Shown piece by piece: positions 22,035 to 31,605 of a stretch of 64,000 bases of DNA; positions within the stretch are counted from its first letter, which is position 1; every line of letters begins with the position of its first letter. The notes below the pieces were generated by a model. It saw nothing but the letters and a program-made list of their open reading frames with translations, did not search any database and had not been told where the DNA came from. Made by a program: the position numbers and the translations under genes. This DNA is from Ignavibacteria bacterium (GTDB lineage Bacteria > Bacteroidota > Ignavibacteria > Kapaibacteriales > Kapaibacteriaceae), in contig CP054181.1 of assembly GCA_015709655.1 (NCBI GenBank), positions 15,327 to 79,326 on the forward strand, in the 5' to 3' direction.

Positions 22035-22925
22035 ATGGCCAAGAACAATGCTGATAGAGTGTGGACGGTGATCGACCTTATCAAATGGGGAACTGAGTAT
22101 TTCCGCGAACGGGAGATCGAGAGTCCGCGTCTTACAATGGAGCTGTGCCTGTGTGATGTACTTGCCGTTACAAGAATCAAGCTGTATTCTGAGTTCGACC
22201 GTCCATTGTTACCACCTGAACTGGCACGTCTGCGAACCATGGTGAAACGTTTAGCTCATAACGAACCCTTGCAATACGTACTTGGCTACGCAAACTTCTA
22301 CAGTCTGAGATTCGCAGTTACACCTGATGTGCTTATTCCACGCCCGGAAACAGAATTCCTTGTAGAACAGGCAATTCAGTTTGTTCAAGATGAAACGTCA
22401 AAAGGGGAGTCCGGAGCATTCCACTGTCTGGATATTGGCACCGGCAGCGGTTGTATAGCTATCAGCATTGCCGTACATACACCAACCACTCAGTGGACGT
22501 GTGCCGACTCTTCGGCAAAAGCTTTAGCAGTTGCCAGCTCTAATGCACGCACCCACGGTGTTGACGACCGTTGTACATGGATGCACGGCAATATTCTGAA
22601 ATCCATACCCGAAGGACGTTTTAGACTAATCGTGATGAACCCACCATATATCCCTGCCAGCGAAGTCTCGCACCTTGATCCCAATGTCCGGGATTACGAA
22701 CCCCATCAGGCGCTTACCGACGATGCTGACGGTATGACGTTCTACCGATGGCTTTCTCAGAACCTGGAAGGACTAATGGAAGAAAAGGGGCTGTGCATTA
22801 TTGAACTTGGCCATGGTTTGCTTACGAAGGTTGTAGATCTTTTTGCACCAGCATGGGGTGTTTCAGTTATCGAAGATCTTGACAGGATCCCGCGAATAGC
22901 CGTCATAAGCAGAGCAGGGCCGTAA
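22035..22925 (+). CDS. prmC: Release factor glutamine N5-methyltransferase (PrmC/HemK)
   Basis: SAM-binding DIGTGSGCIAI plus the NPPY motif (VMNPPYIP). Confidence 0.8.
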   Translation: MAKNNADRVWTVIDLIKWGTEYFREREIESPRLTMELCLCDVLAVTRIKLYSEFDRPLLPPELARLRTMVKRLAHNEPLQYVLGYANFYSLRFAVTPDVLIPRPETEFLVEQAIQFVQDETSKGESGAFHCLDIGTGSGCIAISIAVHTPTTQWTCADSSAKALAVASSNARTHGVDDRCTWMHGNILKSIPEGRFRLIVMNPPYIPASEVSHLDPNVRDYEPHQALTDDADGMTFYRWLSQNLEGLMEEKGLCIIELGHGLLTKVVDLFAPAWGVSVIEDLDRIPRIAVISRAGP

Positions 22926-23131
22926 ATTATGCCAACCCAAAGCAACTATACCCCGTTTTGTGTGTACTTTTTTGTAGTTTCGGCTCGATTTATCAGTAAC
23001 TTGAATTTGATGATTTGTTAAGACCAGCAATTCTTGACTCAGTTATTGATTAAACCAGTCAGTGTCTAAATCAGATAATCGGGCATTGACTTTTTGAATT
23101 TGAACAACTTTTTTTACCAACTGGATTTAGT

Positions 23132-23926
23132 ATGAAGAACCTAACCAATCTTCTCATAATCACACTTTGCCTGATTGTGGCCTATGTATTCTTCTATATG
23201 GTCTTGGGTGCCGATGCAAACTTCACTGACCCCAAAACCGGAGTTGTGGATTTCCATAACCCACAGAATGCTATGGGAATGGTTTTTACGGGTGGTCCTC
23301 TTGTAGGCCTGCTTATCGCCTGTGTGCTTTTAGCAATTACGTATGCCGTTGAACGCTGGCTCTCAATATCTAAAGCTAAGGGCAAGGCAAGTATGGATGT
23401 ATTTGCAAAAGAAGTTGTAAAGTTGGTCGAAGGTAATAAGTTGGGGGATGCCGTAAAAGCATGTGAAAATCAGAGAGGAAGCCTTGCCAATGTTCTTCGC
23501 GAAGCAATTCTCAGGTTTCAGCACGTTGAGAACGACTCGTCAATGAACGTTGAGCAACGCTTGGGCGAAGTTCAGCGGATTATTGATGAGAACATGAATC
23601 TGGAAACTCCGTTGCTTGAGAAAAACCTGGTAATCTTGTCAACCGTAGCCTCGATTTCAACGATGATCGGCTTGCTTGGCACGACCGTTGGGATGATCCG
23701 TGCCTTTGCAGCTCTCGGAGCCGGTGGCACTGTAAGTGCACAGCAGCTTTCAATCGGGATTTCAGAAGCATTGTATAATACGGCAGGCGGACTGCTGGCC
23801 GCCATTATTTCCATTGTTGCATATAACATGTTTACAACAATGGTTGATAACTTCACCTATCAAATGGATGAGGCAATTCTAAGTTTAAATGAAACGTTCA
23901 GCATTCGTTTAGGTTCGAAAGCATAA
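23132..23926 (+). CDS. exbB: MotA/TolQ/ExbB proton-channel family protein
   Basis: Three-TM topology with the conserved C-terminal TolQ/ExbB segment LGLLGTTVGMIRAFAAL...ALYNTAGGLLAAI. First gene after a ~200-bp intergenic region. Confidence 0.85.
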   Translation: MKNLTNLLIITLCLIVAYVFFYMVLGADANFTDPKTGVVDFHNPQNAMGMVFTGGPLVGLLIACVLLAITYAVERWLSISKAKGKASMDVFAKEVVKLVEGNKLGDAVKACENQRGSLANVLREAILRFQHVENDSSMNVEQRLGEVQRIIDENMNLETPLLEKNLVILSTVASISTMIGLLGTTVGMIRAFAALGAGGTVSAQQLSIGISEALYNTAGGLLAAIISIVAYNMFTTMVDNFTYQMDEAILSLNETFSIRLGSKA

Positions 23927-23950
23927 TTCCTGTAACTGGAAGTACATCCT

Positions 23951-24469
23951 ATGCCTAAAATCAAAAAGAAACGCGTTGGCTTTGTGATGGATATGACGCC
24001 TTTGGTGGACATTACATTCCTGCTACTGACGTTCTTCATGTTTACAGCTAAATTTCGAAGTGAAGCCGAAAGCGAGCAGAAATTTACTATTAAACGTCCA
24101 CAGACTGTTGCTGATACTGCAAAACTTCCAGAGAAAGATCTTGTTCTCATTAAGATTGGCGTTGACTCAGTTGCACGCGATACGGCTTGGTATGTATCGA
24201 TGTTAAACGAAGAGGATGTTGCCGAGTTGTCCAAGGCGATGATGGCTATGGACTATCCAAATGCAAATGAGTCGTCGGTCAGCTTCAAGATCACTGACAC
24301 AACGTGGCTGGGCAAGATCATTGAACGCACTCGCATTATCAATACTCAAGCTCGGTACGCTATTGATGCTGACAGAGGTCTCAGGTATTGGTGGATTGAT
24401 AAAACCATAAACGAATTGCGCAAGAAGAGGGCAACGACGTTCAACTTCGTAACCGAAAAGCGACAATAA
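23951..24469 (+). CDS. exbD: ExbD/TolR biopolymer transport protein (paralog 1)
   Basis: N-terminal MDMTPLVDITFLLLTFFM is the ExbD/TolR TM signature. Confidence 0.8.
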   Translation: MPKIKKKRVGFVMDMTPLVDITFLLLTFFMFTAKFRSEAESEQKFTIKRPQTVADTAKLPEKDLVLIKIGVDSVARDTAWYVSMLNEEDVAELSKAMMAMDYPNANESSVSFKITDTTWLGKIIERTRIINTQARYAIDADRGLRYWWIDKTINELRKKRATTFNFVTEKRQ

Positions 24470-24531
24470 CTTGTAACTAAAAAGCACTACAGTGCGTCTC
24501 AGCCTTAGTGCCTACTTAAAAGGAGATTACA

Positions 24532-25086
24532 ATGGCAGGCGGTGGTGAAGCGCTTGGAGGAGGCGCAAAACAAAAACGCGGGAAAGCCGGAAAAAGAAAG
24601 GCGCGAAAGCGTCTTGGTTTCAGAATGGATATGACGCCCCTGGTGGATATCACATTCCTGCTGCTAACATTTTTCATGCTGACAACATCCATGATTACAC
24701 CGCAAACCATGGAGATGTTTGTTCCGCCTGAAATCGATAAACCGGTAGAAGTACGTGAGTCTGAACTGTTTACGATTCGTATACGAAACGATGGCAAGAT
24801 TTTTTATAACATCGGGAAAGACGAACCAACAGCAGTTGTGAAAAAGGACGAATTACTGAAGGTGGTTGTTGATCAAAACGTGGCACTTAAAAATCGCTGC
24901 ATTGTAACCCTCAAAACGGCAGATAATGCTCCGTATGGTTTAGCAGTTGAAGTCTTGGACCTCCTCAACCAGGCAGAACCGCTGATCATCGACGGATTAC
25001 GTAGAGCCGGAATCAATGAACGAAAGCGAATTTTCACAGTTTCACCATTTACTGCGGACGATGCTAAGGAGGTAAATGGACTATGA
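24532..25086 (+). CDS. exbD: ExbD/TolR biopolymer transport protein (paralog 2)
   Basis: Same MDMTPLVDITFLLLTFFM signature after a Lys/Arg/Gly-rich N-terminal extension. Strong SD (AAGGAG) upstream of the ATG. Confidence 0.8.
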   Translation: MAGGGEALGGGAKQKRGKAGKRKARKRLGFRMDMTPLVDITFLLLTFFMLTTSMITPQTMEMFVPPEIDKPVEVRESELFTIRIRNDGKIFYNIGKDEPTAVVKKDELLKVVVDQNVALKNRCIVTLKTADNAPYGLAVEVLDLLNQAEPLIIDGLRRAGINERKRIFTVSPFTADDAKEVNGL

Positions 25087-25874
25087 CAACAGCAGTAGCA
25101 CAGACCCCTGCAACGCTTCCTGGCTTTGGCGCTTCAGCGTTTAAGGACCTGATACGGAAGAATACCCGAAAGGCATTTTATACAACACTTGTCATTCTGC
25201 TTCTATTTGGGATGTCGTCCTGTTCGTATCGTTACATCGAAAACTGGATGTTCCCTCCACCACAGGTGGTTAGAGTAAAGCTTGCCAAGGTAAGCCTGGA
25301 TATGTTGGCACCGCCGCCCTCTGAAAATCAGGATGTGCCGCCTCCACCACCACCTACCGTTGTTCCACCTGTTAGCGGCCCGGCCGTCAGAGCCGGAATG
25401 CCGGTGGCCGTACCCGACGCATTACTCCCTGAGGACCTAAAGGATTTTGCTACTGTTAAGGACATCAATGTGGCATCTGCCGTTGGCGGAGACGGATCGA
25501 ATTTCGGAGACTTTGCAAGTAATATCGGACATGATGTTGGCACCCTGAACATTCAAACCAAGGAAGAAGAGCCGAATGTTGAAGATTTTATTGCAGTAGA
25601 AAAGGAACCTGACTTTGATTATGCAGCCCTGCAGCGTAGAGTTAAATACCCTGAGCTTGCTCTAAAAAATGGTATCGAGGGTCAGGTGCTTGTTGCAGCA
25701 TTGGTTGGCAAGGATGGACGGGTTGAAAAAACCCAGATAATTGACTCAGAGAACGAAATACTTAATGCAAGTGCTGTGAATGCAGTAAAAGAAACCATTT
25801 TCACCCCGGCAGTAAATAACGGTGTTCCTGTCAGAGTGTGGGTACGTATTCCAATTGCATTTAAACTTCGGTAA
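25083..25874 (+). CDS. tonB: Energy transducer TonB (Pro-rich linker plus TonB C-terminal domain)
   Basis: N-terminal TM segment, proline-rich stretch PPPPPPTVVPPVSGP, and C-terminal TonB domain ALQRRVKYPELALKNGIEGQVLVAALVGKDGRV...VPVRVWVRIPIAF. Strong SD (AAGGAGG). Start overlaps the exbD stop. Confidence 0.85.
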   Translation: MTTAVAQTPATLPGFGASAFKDLIRKNTRKAFYTTLVILLLFGMSSCSYRYIENWMFPPPQVVRVKLAKVSLDMLAPPPSENQDVPPPPPPTVVPPVSGPAVRAGMPVAVPDALLPEDLKDFATVKDINVASAVGGDGSNFGDFASNIGHDVGTLNIQTKEEEPNVEDFIAVEKEPDFDYAALQRRVKYPELALKNGIEGQVLVAALVGKDGRVEKTQIIDSENEILNASAVNAVKETIFTPAVNNGVPVRVWVRIPIAFKLR

Positions 25875-25876
25875 TC

Positions 25877-26065
25877 GTGTTCTTTACGATACTCAATGTT
25901 GCCATACGCTCAGCAGTACTTCTTCTTGGTTTTGGCATACTCTTTACCGGATTGGGAGCAGGAATCTCATCACCAATCAGAGAGGTATTTGGTGCTCTGT
26001 GCATTCTGTTTGGCATATACCGACTTTTGATGTTTTACCAGGCTAAAAAAAAGTACCATCAATGA
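25877..26065 (+). CDS. Small two-TM membrane protein (hypothetical), GTG start
   Basis: 62-aa ORF with two hydrophobic helices and a KKKYHQ tail. It starts 2 nt after the tonB stop, and its TGA overlaps the ATG of the next gene (ATGA). That packing is typical of a real operon member. Confidence 0.4.
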   Translation: MFFTILNVAIRSAVLLLGFGILFTGLGAGISSPIREVFGALCILFGIYRLLMFYQAKKKYHQ

Positions 26066-26979
26066 ACATTGTCCTTCTCCTGTTTGTTTGTTGTGTTCTG
26101 GCTGCGTGTAACCCGGCCGAACAAACAAACCAGAACGCAGAAACGGCTATCTCTGGTCAGGCTGAGGTTTTGTGCGATGCTGAAGTTGTTAACCTGATAC
26201 AACCAGCACAACGACTTTTTGACAGCGTAACCCCCAAGGCAACAATAACACTGGTTCCAGTTCCTGCCAATGAAGCCGTATTGCAGCTTATGCAACACAA
26301 GGCACGTGCCATTGTGGTTGCCAGAGACTGGTTCCCTGAGGAACGACAGGAAGCAGAAGCAACCAAGGGTGATGATGGATACCCCCGTACGTTAATAGCA
26401 CGTGACGCCCTTGTTTTTTATGCAAACAAGGATTTTCCGTACGATACGATGCATGCAGATCATATTCGTGAATGGGTCCGAACGGGGAAGTTCCCACTTT
26501 CTTCCTATCCTCAACTGAAAAAGAAGCCTATTCTGATTGTTCCGGGTTCTGCGTCGTCGGTCTATGGCAATCTGCGCACTGTTGTTTTGAATGGCACAGA
26601 GCCCTGCACTGACTGCATTCATTCACTAGGCACCACTGATTCTGTTAAAGCCGGTGTTCATGGAAACGTTCATTACATCGGCGTTGGCTATTTATCCGGG
26701 CTGGTAAGAGATACCTCGGTTAAAATGTTACGGCTGAGCTGGACCGACTCTACCGGACAATATCAGTTTCCCCGGCTGGTTCATGCCGGTAATCTCGTAC
26801 AAGGATTGTATCCATTTCCCGTCCCCATATACGTTGTATTACGCGATCGTGCAAACCAGTACAGTCTGCCAAGCGGATTTGCACTCTATCTTGCACGTGA
26901 CGGTAAGGCTCAGCGCTCATTCTTTGATGCGGGGATTGAACCTGGGTTCGCCAAGATTGTTATTCACACTCCTGAATAG
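26062..26979 (+). CDS. PstS-family (PBP-like) periplasmic binding lipoprotein
   Basis: Lipoprotein signal MNIVLLLFVCCVLAAC. PstS-like segments IARDALVFYANKD...ILIVPGSASSVYGNL...VHYIGVGYLSG. Family assignment is by motif resemblance only. Confidence 0.5.
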   Translation: MNIVLLLFVCCVLAACNPAEQTNQNAETAISGQAEVLCDAEVVNLIQPAQRLFDSVTPKATITLVPVPANEAVLQLMQHKARAIVVARDWFPEERQEAEATKGDDGYPRTLIARDALVFYANKDFPYDTMHADHIREWVRTGKFPLSSYPQLKKKPILIVPGSASSVYGNLRTVVLNGTEPCTDCIHSLGTTDSVKAGVHGNVHYIGVGYLSGLVRDTSVKMLRLSWTDSTGQYQFPRLVHAGNLVQGLYPFPVPIYVVLRDRANQYSLPSGFALYLARDGKAQRSFFDAGIEPGFAKIVIHTPE

Positions 26980-26982
26980 AAC

Positions 26983-28707
26983 ATGATTCGATTAATTATT
27001 TGTGTTGCCGTTGTTTTAGCAACTTTACCATCCAACGGCAGGTCCGAAGATTATTTTGAAAAGGCAAAAGCTTCTGCCTCCGTATCAGACTACGTAGAAG
27101 CAGGGCGCCTAATCAGGCTTGCTGTAAGTGAGAAGCCTAAGGACGAAGAAGTACTCGAGTTAGCAACACGTATTTACACTGAACTTGAGATTCTTGATAC
27201 TGCAGTTCTGTACGGCCGACGTTTGTACGAACAGAATGCCTCGACTCCCTCTGCCGTTCGTACCTATGCTACTGCACTTATTCGCGCTGGTAATCCAACT
27301 GAAGCCGTACGGATCCTACGGAAAATCACACAGAAAAACGCAGATGTTGAGACGTCGCTCTCCCTTGTGGAAGCCCTCGTGGAAGCCGATAGTATCCAGG
27401 CTGCTGAACTGGTAGCCACAACAGCAAAGAAGAATTACCCCAAGAGTCCTGATGCCTACCTGGCCGTAGGGTTGTTATACATGAAGTACAAACCTCAGCC
27501 AGTGTATGAACTGGCTAAGGACAATCTTGAAAAAACCATCGAGTTGGAGGAAAACAATCTTGATGCCCACTTCGCCTTGGCTCAGGTTTACTGGAGGATG
27601 GCCAACCGTGAATCTGATCAGGACCTAAGCAATGAACTGTTTAAGCGGTGTCTGCTGGAGTGGAATAAGGTAGGGCAACTCGACCCTCGTAATGCACGTG
27701 CCTGGTTTGAACAAGGAAAAATCCTATACCTGGCAAAGAAGTTCCGTGAATCAGTTGGAGCGCTCCAGCGGTATAAGGAGCTGCGACCAGGCAAAACTGG
27801 GAACTCTATTACAAACTGGTACCTTGGTGACGCTTTCTTTGAGCTCCATCTCTTTGATTCGGCAACGGTCTATTTAAACCAGGTTATTGAGTCAATTGAT
27901 ACACTCAAACCCAATGCTTACATGATGTTAGGTAAGTGTGGTGTCTATTCCAAAGACTGGTCTGCTGCCGTGAACTCGTATAACCAGGCGGTTACAGCCG
28001 GGCGTTCCCTTAACCAATGGGAACCTACCGACCTGTGGTACTTTGGTACCGCCCTTGTCATGGCCGGCGATACGTCAAAAGCAATTTCCGTCATGACTGA
28101 AGCTTCTCAAAAGGAGCCTGGTAACTGCAGCTTTATGTTCAGGTTTGGTTTGCTGCTGTCGGGCAAAAACATGAGAGAACATTCAAATCAAATCTTTCGA
28201 CAGCGTTTACTGAACTGCTCGGATTCACTTGACGCAAAGGTGTATCTGTTCCTTGGTAATAACTTTTATGCTGACAGCGTTCTTGACAGCGCACGGGTTT
28301 ACTACGAAAAGTCGGTAAACCTTGATCCGGCTCCCTACACGCTGAACAGGCTTGCAGAAACATTCACGGCACTGGCAGATGAACAACAGGCCAGAACCAT
28401 TTATGAACGTGTGATTACTGCCGGTGCAGCTCCGGGTGCCTCAACTGCAGACAAACAAGGAGCAGTTCAGGCGATATTGAGGCTTAACGGATTTGATTTA
28501 ACTGCAAAGAATTTTGATGCTATTATCACGCGGAGCAAGGCAGGCCTTGAAATTGACGGCAAAAATCAGTGGTTGAACCTCTACCTTGCCATCGGCTATC
28601 AGGGTAGCGGCGACACTAATGCTGCCTGCAAATGGTATAAGGAAGTTCTGAAAATTGATTCCAACAACGATACAGCCAGGAAAAATCTGAAAGCCCTTGG
28701 CTGCTAA
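26983..28707 (+). CDS. Tetratricopeptide-repeat (TPR) protein, secreted
   Basis: Signal peptide followed by multiple A/Y/L-patterned TPR-like helical repeats. 574 aa. Starts 4 nt after the PstS-like stop. Confidence 0.65.
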   Translation: MIRLIICVAVVLATLPSNGRSEDYFEKAKASASVSDYVEAGRLIRLAVSEKPKDEEVLELATRIYTELEILDTAVLYGRRLYEQNASTPSAVRTYATALIRAGNPTEAVRILRKITQKNADVETSLSLVEALVEADSIQAAELVATTAKKNYPKSPDAYLAVGLLYMKYKPQPVYELAKDNLEKTIELEENNLDAHFALAQVYWRMANRESDQDLSNELFKRCLLEWNKVGQLDPRNARAWFEQGKILYLAKKFRESVGALQRYKELRPGKTGNSITNWYLGDAFFELHLFDSATVYLNQVIESIDTLKPNAYMMLGKCGVYSKDWSAAVNSYNQAVTAGRSLNQWEPTDLWYFGTALVMAGDTSKAISVMTEASQKEPGNCSFMFRFGLLLSGKNMREHSNQIFRQRLLNCSDSLDAKVYLFLGNNFYADSVLDSARVYYEKSVNLDPAPYTLNRLAETFTALADEQQARTIYERVITAGAAPGASTADKQGAVQAILRLNGFDLTAKNFDAIITRSKAGLEIDGKNQWLNLYLAIGYQGSGDTNAACKWYKEVLKIDSNNDTARKNLKALGC

Positions 28708-28807
28708 ACCGGAACTGACTCGATAGGAATTGCTTCAGCCCCTTACCATTCCCTCAGTTGTTCGCTATTTTTCGATTATCTGACCGTATATTTGTAGTCT
28801 TGTGGAA

Positions 28808-29332
28808 ATGAGTTCACGGAAACTACCCGGCATTACCGTATGGATTGCTGGCATGGAAACAGGCGAGCGTGAGTTCGATCTTCACGTTGAAAGTACAGAA
28901 ATACCTGACCTGGTTGCAGAGTACATGTCACCGATCCATGTGTATGGAAAAGTGCTAAAGCGAGGCAGAAAATTGCATGTCACCTATACGGTCTCTACAA
29001 TTGCACGCTTGGTTTGCGACCGGTCTGTGGAGGAGTACGATGAGCAAATCACGGTAAACACAGAATTAAACTATGTGTTAGATTCAGATTTGTTCTTTCA
29101 GCAAAAAGGATTAGAACTTGATCCGGATGATGTTAGGGGGCTCAGAGATGATGCCCAGGAGATTGACATAACAGATGATGTGCGCCAGGATCTTGTGGTG
29201 GCACTTCCGATGAAAAGGGTGGCACCACAGTTTCGGGAAACCGAACTTCCTCGGGAATATACCACGCCGGATTCCGGAAGTGAAATTGACGAGCGGTGGG
29301 CATCATTACAGAAAATACAATTAAAAAAATAG
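28808..29332 (+). CDS. yceD: YceD/DUF177 family protein (23S rRNA accumulation protein)
   Basis: DUF177-like size and acidic composition, in the conserved position directly upstream of rpmF-plsX. Start taken at the first ATG (M3 of ORF 28802). Confidence 0.6.
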   Translation: MSSRKLPGITVWIAGMETGEREFDLHVESTEIPDLVAEYMSPIHVYGKVLKRGRKLHVTYTVSTIARLVCDRSVEEYDEQITVNTELNYVLDSDLFFQQKGLELDPDDVRGLRDDAQEIDITDDVRQDLVVALPMKRVAPQFRETELPREYTTPDSGSEIDERWASLQKIQLKK

Positions 29333-29355
29333 CATAAAAGAGCAGAGGAACACAA

Positions 29356-29532
29356 ATGCCAAATCCTAAAAGACGACATTCCAAAACACGCGGTGCCAAA
29401 CGACGCACCCACTACAAAGCCTCCGCACCAACGGTAACAGCATGTCCTAACTGTGGTTCATCAAAACAACCACACGTGGTTTGCCATACGTGCGGCTACT
29501 ATAACGGGCGTAAGATTTTAAATATTGACTAA
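29356..29532 (+). CDS. rpmF: 50S ribosomal protein L32
   Basis: Hand-translated 58 aa: MPNPKRRHSKTRGAKRRTHYKASAPTVTACPNCGSSKQPHVVCHTCGYYNGRKILNID, with CxxC...CxxC zinc-ribbon residues. Absent from the ORF track only because it is under 60 aa. SD GAGG upstream. Confidence 0.85.
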   Translation: MPNPKRRHSKTRGAKRRTHYKASAPTVTACPNCGSSKQPHVVCHTCGYYNGRKILNID

Positions 29533-29560
29533 TGCCGCCGCAGTCGTGCGATTGCGCCCG

Positions 29561-30610
29561 ATGAACGCCCAGTTACCAGGCTACAACGAGTCTGCACTCC
29601 CAACTATTGTCCTTGACGCGATGGGAGGCGATCAAGCACCGCACCCTGAAGTTCAGGGAGCATTACTTGCTATCGGTGAATTGCGCGGTAAGGCCAGAAT
29701 CGTGCTGGTTGGAAAGGAAGACAATTTAAAAATGGAGCTACCTGATGCTCCTCCTGACCTGACCATTGTCCACGCACCCGATGTGATAACGATGGACGAT
29801 GAACCATCAACGATTGTAAAGTCACGCAAAGAGTCATCGCTGTATGTGGGGTTAGACATGGTACGTGCCGGAAAAGCACAGGCCTTTGTTTCTGCCGGAA
29901 ATACAGGGGCTGTTATGGCAACGGCAACCATGCTGTGCGGTAGAATTGAAGGGGTAAGCCGTCCAACGATTGGATCGTTTTTCCCAACGTCCGGGAGCCA
30001 TCCAACCTTGGTCCTCGACGTTGGAGCCAACGTTGGAAGCAAGGCGCGATTCCTGCATGACTATGCCGTGATGGGAAGTGTGTACTACCGGCTAATGATG
30101 AACGAACCCTCGCCAACTGTAGGGCTGCTTAACGTTGGAGAAGAACATGGGAAAGGCACCGATACGGTGAAGGAGACGTTCAGCCTCCTTGAGTCTGCCA
30201 ATATCAATTTTGCAGGAAATGTTGAAGGTCGGGACATCCTTAACGGGAAGGTACATATTGTTGTGTGTGACGGCTTCGAGGGTAATATTATCCTGAAATT
30301 CGCGGAAAGCGTCCTCGGATTTTTGCGACATCGATTTATGAATTACGCCAATAAGGGACTCGTCAATAAACTTAGAATGGCCGCACTAAAGCCAGTATTG
30401 AAATCTGTTCTGAAAGATATGGATTACCAAACCTATGGTGGCGTTCCTCTCTTAGGTGTTAATGGCGTTGTGGTAATCGGACACGGATCGTCGTCACCGG
30501 TAGCAATTAAAAACATGATTATTAAAGCATTCGAAGTTGTCAGAAATGATGTTAACGGAAACATCCGTCAGGCCCTAATGCCACAACAACAGGAAAGCCA
30601 CGCACAATGA
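29561..30610 (+). CDS. plsX: Phosphate acyltransferase PlsX
   Basis: IVLDAMGGDQAP N-terminal PlsX motif. Start moved to M13 of ORF 29525 so that it no longer overlaps rpmF. Confidence 0.85.
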   Translation: MNAQLPGYNESALPTIVLDAMGGDQAPHPEVQGALLAIGELRGKARIVLVGKEDNLKMELPDAPPDLTIVHAPDVITMDDEPSTIVKSRKESSLYVGLDMVRAGKAQAFVSAGNTGAVMATATMLCGRIEGVSRPTIGSFFPTSGSHPTLVLDVGANVGSKARFLHDYAVMGSVYYRLMMNEPSPTVGLLNVGEEHGKGTDTVKETFSLLESANINFAGNVEGRDILNGKVHIVVCDGFEGNIILKFAESVLGFLRHRFMNYANKGLVNKLRMAALKPVLKSVLKDMDYQTYGGVPLLGVNGVVVIGHGSSSPVAIKNMIIKAFEVVRNDVNGNIRQALMPQQQESHAQ

Positions 30611-31605
30611 GAGCAACCATTTCAGCAGTATCACACTTTCTACCTGATGATGTATATGATAATCATTGGTTCGAATCAAGGCTCGATACTTCGGATGAAT
30701 GGATTCAGACGCGAACCGGGATAAAGGAACGACGTTTCCTGCGCGAAGGGGGAGTAAGCGAAATGCTGGTTCCTGCAGCCCAAAAGTGCCTGCAGCAGCG
30801 TGGACTAGCACCCGAAGAAATTGACTGCATTATCGTTGCTACGGTTACGGCCGACAGGATATTTCCGTCAACAGCCGCAATTGTTCAGCGTAAATTGGGT
30901 GCGAAAAACGCCTGGGGTTTTGACCTTGCTGCTGCATGCTCAGGTTTTCTGAATGCACTCATCACGGCAGCTAAGTTAGTAGAAAGTGGGGCCGTACGAA
31001 ACGTATTGCTGTGCAGCGGCGACAAAATGAGTGCGATTGTTGATTTTCAGGACAGGGCAACTGCAGTCCTCTTCGGAGATGGAGCAGGTGCCGTGCTCGT
31101 AGAACCAAGCACTGACGAATCACTGGGTATTCTGGATTTTATTTTGCGAATGGATGGTAACGGTGAGCAGTACCTGCACCAAAAAGCCGGAGGCAGTATG
31201 TTTCCGCCCACAGCTGAAACTGTAGCCAATCGGGAACACTATATTTTCCAAGATGGTCAGCCTGTGTTTAAAGCTGCGGTTGTTGGAATGGCTGATGTGA
31301 GTTACGAAATCCTTGAACGAAACGGTTTGTCGGGTAACGACGTTGCTTGGCTTGTCCCTCATCAAGCCAACCTCCGCATTATCGATGCCACGGCAAAACG
31401 CATGAATTTGTCTCCCGAAAAAGTAATGGTCAACATTGACAAATATGGGAATACGACTGCCGGAACAATACCAATCTGCTTGTCGGAACTCCTGTTGCAG
31501 GGTAAACTTAAAAAAGGTGACTTGATTGTACTGTCATCCTTTGGCGCAGGCTTTACCTGGGGGAGTATCCTGATACGCTGGTCATTCGAGGTACAGAATT
31601 CATGA
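30607..31605 (+). CDS. fabH: 3-oxoacyl-ACP synthase III
   Basis: FabH motifs (DEWIQTRTGI, AACSGFL Cys active site, HQANLRI, GNTTAG). Start overlaps the plsX stop (ATGA). Confidence 0.9.
   Translation: MRATISAVSHFLPDDVYDNHWFESRLDTSDEWIQTRTGIKERRFLREGGVSEMLVPAAQKCLQQRGLAPEEIDCIIVATVTADRIFPSTAAIVQRKLGAKNAWGFDLAAACSGFLNALITAAKLVESGAVRNVLLCSGDKMSAIVDFQDRATAVLFGDGAGAVLVEPSTDESLGILDFILRMDGNGEQYLHQKAGGSMFPPTAETVANREHYIFQDGQPVFKAAVVGMADVSYEILERNGLSGNDVAWLVPHQANLRIIDATAKRMNLSPEKVMVNIDKYGNTTAGTIPICLSELLLQGKLKKGDLIVLSSFGAGFTWGSILIRWSFEVQNS

Noticed and set aside
22926-23131. Searched the only sizeable intergenic region (upstream of exbB) for a structured RNA or riboswitch
   Set aside because: It is AT-rich with promoter-like hexamers (TTGACT ... 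T-rich) but has no convincing conserved stem-loop architecture. It is most simply the promoter and 5' UTR of the tonB operon. I could not define -35/-10 or Bacteroidota -33/-7 boxes confidently enough to annotate them.
29356-29532. Apparent +1 frameshift in the middle of rpmF (L32) seen on my first manual read
   Set aside because: Re-reading the raw lines, and cross-checking line registration against the minus-strand ORF 29142..29408 (GTG start) and the plsX ORF start at 29525, showed I had duplicated a base when transcribing. The frame is intact for 58 codons.
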